Assembly: GCA_016219905.1 (NCBI GenBank)
Contig: JACRKA010000351.1
Span: 2,622-66,621, forward strand
Source: Verrucomicrobiota bacterium
GTDB taxonomy: Bacteria > Verrucomicrobiota > Verrucomicrobiia > CAIQCK01
DNA length: 64,000 nt
Reading direction: 5' to 3'
Under the pieces are notes generated by a model. The model was not told the origin of the DNA and did not search any database. It saw nothing but the letters and a program-made list of their open reading frames with translations. Positions 57,494-64,000 of this stretch are shown piece after piece. The position numbers and the translations under genes are program-made. How positions within the stretch are numbered: the stretch's first letter is position 1; each line of letters starts with the position of its first letter.

Positions 57494-58494
57494 AGTTGCA
57501 CCATGACTTTCAACGACTTCGGCCCCGGGTTGGAGGCGACGGCGATGGCTTCGTTGATGCGCTCCATCGGGAACCGGTGGGTGATCAGCGCGCGGACGTT
57601 GATCCGGCGGTTGAACACGATGTCGGCGACGCGGCCGTTCAACTCGATGTCGGAGCTGTAGCTGCCGACGAGGTCCTTCTCGCTCATGCAGACCGCGCCG
57701 ACGTCCACCGGCACGTGCTGGCCGGCCTGCGTCTGCGCGAAGAGCATCACGCGCCCCGCGGGGCGGGTCGCTTCGAGGGCGGCAGAGATGGCGTCGGCGT
57801 TCGCGGCGGCGACGAACGACACGTCCGCGTCGCGCACGTCCTTCGCCACGCCGTCCGCGCCGAGTTCGAGGGCGATGGCGACGCGCTCCGGAATCGGGTC
57901 GAAGACGGACACGTGCGCGCCAGCCAGTTTTGAAAGTTGCATCAACATCAAGCCGATGGGGCCGCAACCGAAAACCACGACGCGGTCGTCGGGGCGGACG
58001 CCGGCCTTGAGGACGGCTTTCAAGATGGTGTTCAACGGCTCCAGCATGGCGGCTTCTTCAAACGTCGCGCCGTCGGGGATGCGGGTGATGCCGCCGCCGG
58101 CCACGATCCAGTCCATGACGCGGACGTATTCGGCGTAGCCGCCGCCGGCCGGCTCGAAGCCCGCGGTGGTGCCGGTCTTCTTGTAGGTCGGGCATTGGGC
58201 GAACGCCTTGCGCTCGCAGAGTCGGCAGCGCCGGCAGGGGACGTGATGATAGACCGCGATGCGCTCGCCGACGCGCCAGTCGTTCACGCCCGCGCCGACC
58301 TCGACGATGGTGCCGGCGGTTTCGTGGCCGAAGACGCGCGGCGGCGGCACGAGGCCGTGGTGGATTTTCTTAAGGTCGGTGCCGCAGACGCCGCAAACGG
58401 CGACGCGGATGAGGAGTTCGCCGGGGCCGATGGAGGGCTTGGGGAGTTCCTCGACGCGGAGGTCGTTCGGGCCGCGATAGACGACGGCTTTCAT
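57490..58494 (-). CDS. Zinc-dependent alcohol dehydrogenase (MDR family), paralogue of the adjacent gene.
   Basis: CGVCGTD, GHETAG, CRRCRLCERKAFAQC structural Zn site, GCGPIG Rossmann. Confidence 0.88.
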   Translation of the reverse strand: MKAVVYRGPNDLRVEELPKPSIGPGELLIRVAVCGVCGTDLKKIHHGLVPPPRVFGHETAGTIVEVGAGVNDWRVGERIAVYHHVPCRRCRLCERKAFAQCPTYKKTGTTAGFEPAGGGYAEYVRVMDWIVAGGGITRIPDGATFEEAAMLEPLNTILKAVLKAGVRPDDRVVVFGCGPIGLMLMQLSKLAGAHVSVFDPIPERVAIALELGADGVAKDVRDADVSFVAAANADAISAALEATRPAGRVMLFAQTQAGQHVPVDVGAVCMSEKDLVGSYSSDIELNGRVADIVFNRRINVRALITHRFPMERINEAIAVASNPGPKSLKVMVQL

Positions 58495-58498
58495 AAGA

Positions 58499-58580
58499 TT
58501 GGAGTGGTGGGGTGATGGAGTATTGGAGTGTTGGGTTGTCTGTGGAAGTTACCCATTACTCCAATACTCCAACACTCCAT
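58499..58580. repeat. GGAGT-rich palindromic intergenic element (family E), copy 2, between the glucan phosphorylase stop and the ADH start.
   Basis: ttggagtggtggggtgatggagtattggagtgttggg ... cccattactccaatactccaacactccat: the same GGAGT(A/G)TTGG-unit hairpin as at 38266-38364. Its right arm overlaps the TAA stop. Confidence 0.75.
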
Positions 58581-61135
58581 TACCCCCATAGGATCAGCCC
58601 CGTGTCGAGCGGGTCGCCGAGGTCGGGATGAGCGGGGACGACGCGGACGGCGAAGCCGTGGCGGCCGGTGGCCTGGCAGGGGATCGCTCCGATGAAGCGG
58701 TGCGTGCCGTCGGAATTGGACCGGACGAGTTTCATCGGGACCGATCTGGCACGCGCGAGGCGTCCGTCGGCTTCCAGCGGGCCGTAGAAAAGTTGAAGGG
58801 CGATGTTCTCCGGCTTCAGGTCGCCGACGTGGACGGTGGCGGCGACGGGCAGTTCGGCGCCGACGGCCTGCTCGCCTTCGGCGCACTGCTGGACGCTGGA
58901 AAGCCGGACTTTGCCCCAGTTCTGCGCGATGTAATGCTTCCAGCCGGTGAACTGGCGGCAGGCGCCCATGTTGTCGCTGGCCAGGCGCTGGTGGCGTTGC
59001 GCGCAGGGCACGTAGGATTGCTCGACGTATTCCTGCACCATGCGATGGCTGTTGAAGATCGGCCCGATGGTGCTCATGGAGTTCTTCATCATGGCGATCC
59101 ATCGCCGCGGCAACCCGTCGGCGCCGCGCTCGTAGAACAGCGGGACGATCTCCTTCTCCAGCAGGTCGTAGAGCGCGCGGCTCTCGACTTCGTCCTGATA
59201 GTTCGGGTCGGTGTAGTCCTCGCCGTGGCCGATGCTCCAGCCGTTGTCGGCCTGCTCGACTTCGCACCACCAGCCGTCGAGCGTGCTGACGTTGAGCGCG
59301 CCGTTGACGGTGGCCTTCATGCCGCTGGTGCCGCTGGCCTCCAGCGGCCGGCGCGGCGTGTTGAGCCACACGTCGCAACCCTGCACGAGGTAGTGGGCCG
59401 TGTTGACGTCGTAGTCTTCGAGGAAGACGACCCGGTTGCGGATGTCGGATTCGCGGGCAAACTGGACGATCTGGCGGATGAGTTCCTTGCCGGGGCCGTC
59501 ATTGGGATGCGCCTTGCCGGCAAAGATGATCTGGACGGGCAGGTCGCTGTTGGTCAGGAGCCGCTTGAACCGTTCCGCATCGCGCAGCAGCAGGTTGCCC
59601 CGCTTGTAGGTGGCGAACCGCCGCGCGAAGCCGATGGTCAGGACTTTCGGATCGAGCACCTCGTCGGCGTGGGCGGTCTCGCTGATCATCGCGCCCCGGC
59701 GGCGAAGCTGCTCGCGCAACCGGCGGCGGGCATAGGCCACGAGCCGTTCGCGCCGCCGCTCGTGGGTGCGCCAGAGTTCCGCGTCGGGGATTTCCTTGAT
59801 GCCCTGCCAGACGCTCTGGTCGGTCGGCTCCTCCTGCAGGCGCAGGCCGAGGTAGGTCTCAAACAAAGCGGCCATCTCGCGCGACAGCCACGAATGGGAG
59901 TGCACGCCATTGGTGATGGCCGTGATGGGCACCTCCTGCTCCGGCACCTCCGGCCACATCCGCTGCCACATGCGGCGGGAGACTTCGCCGTGGAGTTTGC
60001 TGACGCCGTTGCGCTTCGCGGAGAACCTCAGCGCCAGCACGGCCATGTTGAAGTTTTCGGTGTTGTCGGCGGGGTTCTGGCGCCCCAAGCCGAGGAAGTC
60101 GTTGCGATCCAGGCCGAGTTCCTGCCGGAAGCCGTGGAAGTAATGCTCCATCAGGTCCGCATGGAACACGTCAATGCCCGCCGGCACCGGCGTGTGCGTC
60201 GTGAACACACCGCCCGCCGACACGATCTCGCGCGCTTCCGCGAAACTCAGGTGGTTCTCCTTCATCTTGCGGCGCACGCGCTCCAGGCCGAGGAACGCGG
60301 CGTGGCCCTCGTTCATGTGGCAGACGTGCGAGTTCAACCCCAGCGCCTGCAGCGCGCGGCAACCGCCGATGCCGAGCATGATCTCCTGCCGGATGCGCAT
60401 GTCGCTGTCGCCGCCGTAGAGCGAGGCGGTGATGTCGCGGTCGGCGGGCGAGTTCGACTCGATGTTCGTGTCGAGCAGGTAAAGGGGGACGCGGCCGACC
60501 TGCGCCCGCCAGATCTGCGCCCGCACCGTGCGGCCCGGATAGTCGAGGCTGATGATCAGCGGCAGGCCCTCCGGGTTGCGGACCAGCGTGATCGGCATGT
60601 TGTAGAAATCGTTGTCGGGATACACCTCGAGCTGCCAGCCGTTGGCGTCGAGGCGCTGATGGAAATAGCCGCGCCGGTAGAGCAGGCCGACGCCCACCAA
60701 CGGCACGCCGAGGTCGCTCGCGCTCTTGAGATGGTCGCCCGCGAGCACGCCGAGGCCGCCCGAATAGATCGGCAGGCACTCGTGGATGCCGAACTCCAGC
60801 GAGAAGTAGGCGATCGCAGCCGGGTTGTTGCCGTCGTGGACCTTGTGATACCACGTCGTGTCGTTCATGTAGCGTTCGAGCCGGGCCATCACGCGCTTCA
60901 TGTGCGCCAGGAACCCGCCATCGTTCTTGAGCACGCCCAGCCGTTCCTGGCTGATCCGGCCCAGCATCAGGATCGGGCTGTGATACGTCTCCCGCCACAG
61001 GTCGCGATCCATGCGCAGAAACAGCTCGATCGCCTCGGCGTTCCACGACCACCACAAATTGTAGGCCAGCGTCCGGAGCGGACTCAGTTCCTCCGGCAGC
61101 GACGCAACCACTTCAAACGTGCGTATGTTCTTCAT
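58580..61135 (-). CDS. Alpha-glucan phosphorylase (GT35 family, maltodextrin/glycogen phosphorylase-like).
   Basis: 851 aa. PLP-Lys region (TSGMKATVNGALNVSTLDGWW) and conserved GT35 core (GFTTHTPVPAG, EASGTSGMK). Confidence 0.88.
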   Translation of the reverse strand: MKNIRTFEVVASLPEELSPLRTLAYNLWWSWNAEAIELFLRMDRDLWRETYHSPILMLGRISQERLGVLKNDGGFLAHMKRVMARLERYMNDTTWYHKVHDGNNPAAIAYFSLEFGIHECLPIYSGGLGVLAGDHLKSASDLGVPLVGVGLLYRRGYFHQRLDANGWQLEVYPDNDFYNMPITLVRNPEGLPLIISLDYPGRTVRAQIWRAQVGRVPLYLLDTNIESNSPADRDITASLYGGDSDMRIRQEIMLGIGGCRALQALGLNSHVCHMNEGHAAFLGLERVRRKMKENHLSFAEAREIVSAGGVFTTHTPVPAGIDVFHADLMEHYFHGFRQELGLDRNDFLGLGRQNPADNTENFNMAVLALRFSAKRNGVSKLHGEVSRRMWQRMWPEVPEQEVPITAITNGVHSHSWLSREMAALFETYLGLRLQEEPTDQSVWQGIKEIPDAELWRTHERRRERLVAYARRRLREQLRRRGAMISETAHADEVLDPKVLTIGFARRFATYKRGNLLLRDAERFKRLLTNSDLPVQIIFAGKAHPNDGPGKELIRQIVQFARESDIRNRVVFLEDYDVNTAHYLVQGCDVWLNTPRRPLEASGTSGMKATVNGALNVSTLDGWWCEVEQADNGWSIGHGEDYTDPNYQDEVESRALYDLLEKEIVPLFYERGADGLPRRWIAMMKNSMSTIGPIFNSHRMVQEYVEQSYVPCAQRHQRLASDNMGACRQFTGWKHYIAQNWGKVRLSSVQQCAEGEQAVGAELPVAATVHVGDLKPENIALQLFYGPLEADGRLARARSVPMKLVRSNSDGTHRFIGAIPCQATGRHGFAVRVVPAHPDLGDPLDTGLILWG

Positions 61136-61234
61136 TGTCGGTTATGGGCAGCTACTAAGCCGGCATGTATAGCCGATGGGCCGGCAAGTTGCCAGCACTG
61201 TCTGCCGCCCGGGGAAAAAGGCGTCGTTGTTGGC

Positions 61235-63355
61235 TCAGAACCTCGCCCGGAAGGTGGCGACGATGTTGCGGCCGGGTTCGTTCAGGCCGGAGCCGTGGAT
61301 GCGGTAGTCCTCGTCGCTCAGGTTCTCGACGGCGGCGGTGACGGAGATGTCGCGGGTGATGTTCCAGCCCGCGCGGAGGGTGCCGACGGCGTAGCCCGGC
61401 GTGCCATCGGGCGGGATGCGCTGTGTGTCGCGCGTGTCCTCGGTGCTGAGGTTGTCCTGCCGGTCGGCGACCGTGGCGACGCCCTCGATCCAGAATCTCC
61501 GGCTCGGATGCTCCCAGCGCAGGCTGAACTGGCCGGTGACAGGCATGAGCCGACTGATCGGCTCGCGGCGCTTGACGGCGGCCGAGGTGGGATACTGGTC
61601 CACTTCGCCTTCCATCCACGTGAACCATCCGGAGGCGGTCCATTGCGGATGGAACTGGTAGCTGGCACTCAATTCGATGCCGTGAAGGTAGCCGTTGCCG
61701 GCGTTCTTCTTGGTGACTTCGCGGTTCGCGCCGATCATGTTGCCGGTCGGTGCGCGGACGATCATGTCGGCGATGTCGGTGTAGAAATAAGCAGCCTGCG
61801 CCGACACGTGGCGATACTGGGCCTTCACGCCGAACTCATAGGAGATGAACTCCTCCGGCTTGAGACCCGGCGCGGCGGTCTCGATCTCGCCGCTGCGGGC
61901 GATGTCGAAGCGGGTGAGGTCGGAGAGGTTTGGCGCGCGGAAGCTCTGCGAGGCGCTGGTGAACAAGTGCCAATGATCCTCATCATCAGCACGGAAGAGC
62001 AGCCGGCCACTGCCGACGCCGGAGTCCCAGGAATTGGAGATGGAGGTGCGCAATCCGGTGCGCGGGTCGCGGACGGCATCGGCGTCGGCTGCGGCGTGGG
62101 TGTAACGCGCGGCGAGGATGAGGTTGAAGCGGTCGCCGAGCGGGATGTCGTCCTGCACGAAAAATCCGACGAGGTCGTAGGTGGCGTTGTCGGCAACGGG
62201 GCCTTGGATGGCGGTCGAGGTGAGGACGCCGGCGGCGTTGTAGGTGCGGCCGTAGGAGTCCACGTCGTCGTGGTAGTAGTCGGCGCCGTAGATCCAGCGG
62301 CCGAACGGGCTGGGGCTTTCGAGTTGGAACGATGCGCCGAACGTGCCCACCTCGAAGCCCTGGTTTTCCCGCGCGCCGCTGCTGCGGACGCGGAGCAGGT
62401 CTTCGGTTTGTTCCTGGAATGAGACGCTGGCGTGGATGGCCTCGACGGCGCAGTCCTGATGGGTGGAATGAAACTGGAGATAAGTCAGCTCGCGGTCCTG
62501 GTCATAGATGAGCTTGCGGTCGTCGCCGACGGTGGTGCCGTGGAAGCTGTCGCCGTAGAGGGTGCGGTGGGTGCGCCAGATGTTGTCCTGGCTGACGCGC
62601 TGGTGGGCGAGGACGAGTCTGGTTTCCGGCGCGAAGAAATACTCGGCCTTGAAGTCGCCGTCCCACTCGTCGTAGCCGGTCTTGCGCTGCACGTCGGTCT
62701 CGTGGCCGGCGCGCAGGTCGCCGAAGCTTTTCAGCGATACGCCGAGGATGAAACCGAACTCGCGGTCGAGGCTGCCGCTGATTTGCGCGCGGCCGATGTG
62801 CGAGTCCTCGGCGCTGGAGATGCGGTAATAGGCCTCGCGGTCCCAGAGGAAGCCTTCGCCGTATCGGTCGCGGGAGCGGGTGATGGCGTTGACGGTGCCG
62901 CCGACGGCGTCGCTGCCGTAGAGGACCGCGCCGCCGCCCTTGACGACCTCCAGCCGCTCGATGCCGAGCGGGTCCACGGTGTTCCAGTATTGGTTGGGGC
63001 CGTCGCGGAAGGCGGAGTTGTTCACGCGGATGCCGTCCACCATCAGCAGCGTGCGAAAGCCGGTGAAGCCGCGGATGAACGGCGATCCCTGGCCGTGGGC
63101 GGTTTTCTGGACCATGATGCCGGGCGTTTCGCTCAGCGCCTCGGGCAGCGTGCGGGCCTGCTCGCGCAACTGGATGTCGGCGGCGGTGACAGTCTGGACC
63201 GTGGCCGGTGTGTCAAAGGCGGTCTTCTCGGAGCGCGTGGCCGTGACGACGCGCTCGCCGAGCCGCAGTGAAGTGGACGCGGTATGGGTTGCGGCCTGTG
63301 CAAAGGCAAGGGGCAGCAGGGCGAGCAGGTGCGCGCCAAAGGTCTTATAGGTCAT
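61235..63355 (-). CDS. TonB-dependent outer-membrane receptor.
   Basis: Signal peptide. Plug domain with TonB-box-like region (ERVVVTATR) and FIRGF motif. 22-strand barrel ending in the aromatic C-terminal residue (...ATFRARF). Confidence 0.88.
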   Translation of the reverse strand: MTYKTFGAHLLALLPLAFAQAATHTASTSLRLGERVVTATRSEKTAFDTPATVQTVTAADIQLREQARTLPEALSETPGIMVQKTAHGQGSPFIRGFTGFRTLLMVDGIRVNNSAFRDGPNQYWNTVDPLGIERLEVVKGGGAVLYGSDAVGGTVNAITRSRDRYGEGFLWDREAYYRISSAEDSHIGRAQISGSLDREFGFILGVSLKSFGDLRAGHETDVQRKTGYDEWDGDFKAEYFFAPETRLVLAHQRVSQDNIWRTHRTLYGDSFHGTTVGDDRKLIYDQDRELTYLQFHSTHQDCAVEAIHASVSFQEQTEDLLRVRSSGARENQGFEVGTFGASFQLESPSPFGRWIYGADYYHDDVDSYGRTYNAAGVLTSTAIQGPVADNATYDLVGFFVQDDIPLGDRFNLILAARYTHAAADADAVRDPRTGLRTSISNSWDSGVGSGRLLFRADDEDHWHLFTSASQSFRAPNLSDLTRFDIARSGEIETAAPGLKPEEFISYEFGVKAQYRHVSAQAAYFYTDIADMIVRAPTGNMIGANREVTKKNAGNGYLHGIELSASYQFHPQWTASGWFTWMEGEVDQYPTSAAVKRREPISRLMPVTGQFSLRWEHPSRRFWIEGVATVADRQDNLSTEDTRDTQRIPPDGTPGYAVGTLRAGWNITRDISVTAAVENLSDEDYRIHGSGLNEPGRNIVATFRARF

Positions 63356-63442
63356 CGTGGCGTCGGTTCCGGAAGGAATGGATTCCGATCCGTCACCTGA
63401 TTAGTTGCAGGCGACGCCAGAAAGTTGCCCGGCGGCGGGAAA

Positions 63443-64000
63443 CTATTTTTCTTTTTCGACCGTGGTCCGGGCGGACACGGTCCCGTGGGAGGTCACGAGG
63501 GTGATCTCGTAGGTGCCCGGGACCAGGTGGGCGCTTTCCGGCACCTTGCGGCCGAGGATGTGGACAGCGGTCTTGCCGCCAGAGATCTGCAGGGGCGGAT
63601 GGAGGTCTTTCAATTCCCCGCCGAGCGGGTCGCGCGTGATGGCGCGCGTGATGGTGACCGGTCTCCCGGACGGGTTGGCGATGCCGATGTCGTAATCGAG
63701 GGAGGGAGGTTCCACGAAATAGCGGCTGATGAGGACGCGGTTGATCACCACCGCGGGCGCTTCGCCGGGGGACAGGGCGAGGTTCCAGGCGTAGATGACC
63801 AGGCCGATGGCGATGACCGCGGCGAACAGGCGGCCGATGGAGCTTTGCCAGCGCAACCGCGTGTGTTCCTCGGCCATGGCTCCTTTGCCGGTGGTGAGCA
63901 CGCGCTCCCGCAACTCCGGGCGCGGCGGTTCCGCGTGGCGCAAGAGATCCTCGGCGCCTTGCTGCAGTTCCTTGTAACTGCGCATCAGCCCCGCGCAGTC
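63443..64000 (-). CDS. Hypothetical single-pass membrane protein (possibly anti-sigma/FecR-like) upstream of the TonB-dependent receptor. Its 5' end may run off the window.
   Basis: Cytoplasmic N-terminus, one TM (LFAAVIAIGLVIYAWNLAL) and a periplasmic domain of about 110 aa. The frame is open to the window edge upstream of the annotated ATG at 63985. Confidence 0.45.
   Translation of the reverse strand, partial: DCAGLMRSYKELQQGAEDLLRHAEPPRPELRERVLTTGKGAMAEEHTRLRWQSSIGRLFAAVIAIGLVIYAWNLALSPGEAPAVVINRVLISRYFVEPPSLDYDIGIANPSGRPVTITRAITRDPLGGELKDLHPPLQISGGKTAVHILGRKVPESAHLVPGTYEITLVTSHGTVSARTTVEKEK

Noticed and set aside
58628-62422. A 1264-aa ORF on the plus strand spanning the glucan phosphorylase and TonB-receptor region.
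   Set aside because: It is antisense to two well-supported genes with clear family motifs. It has an Arg/Ala/Gly/Pro-rich low-complexity translation typical of stop-codon-poor alternative frames in high-GC DNA.

Overview
This is a high-GC (about 65%) bacterial chromosomal segment, densely coded and mostly on the minus strand. A PVC-type (Verrucomicrobia/Planctomycetes-like) origin is suggested by the prenyltransferase-repeat and CxxCH beta-propeller proteins, but that is inference only.

Gene content, in order:
- a 5'-truncated metX-metW fusion;
- an operon corA, PAS histidine kinase, sigma54 response regulator, then an ArnT/PMT-like GT-C glycosyltransferase;
- a siroheme sulfite/nitrite reductase;
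- a plus-strand cassette of alpha/beta hydrolase, ABC ATPase, ABC-2 permease and a small secreted Cys/Lys-rich protein with a terminator, convergent with a B12-binding radical SAM enzyme and a DEDD 3'-5' exonuclease;
- IscA/ErpA and a VOC protein;
- a complete nuoB-C-D-E-F-G-H-I-J-K-L-M-N operon with no nuoA and an unusually long NuoE, preceded on the same strand by a catalytically degenerate E2-like protein, a receiver protein, two SPFH (HflK/C) proteins and a heavy-metal P1B-ATPase fused to an HflK-like SPFH domain;
- galE;
- an exported beta-propeller protein with CxxCH motifs;
- a UvrD-like helicase followed by several secreted or lipoprotein hypotheticals and a NYN protein;
- tRNA-Ala(GGC);
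- a Fur-family regulator downstream of sufC-B-D-S, a Rieske protein and sufU;
- gpsA and plsY;
- a prenyltransferase-repeat protein, two tandem Zn-alcohol dehydrogenases, an alpha-glucan phosphorylase, a TonB-dependent receptor, and a membrane protein running off the 3' edge.

The most unusual signal is several families of short palindromic repeat elements:
- a roughly 160 bp structured repeat sitting in two equivalent intercistronic gaps of the nuo operon;
- GTGAAAC heptad hairpins;
- GGAGT-rich palindromes that fill gene-end gaps;
- at least three palindromic elements inserted in-frame into coding sequences (the P-type ATPase and the exported protein), reminiscent of Rickettsia palindromic elements.

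No CRISPR array, rRNA or obvious mobile element was seen.
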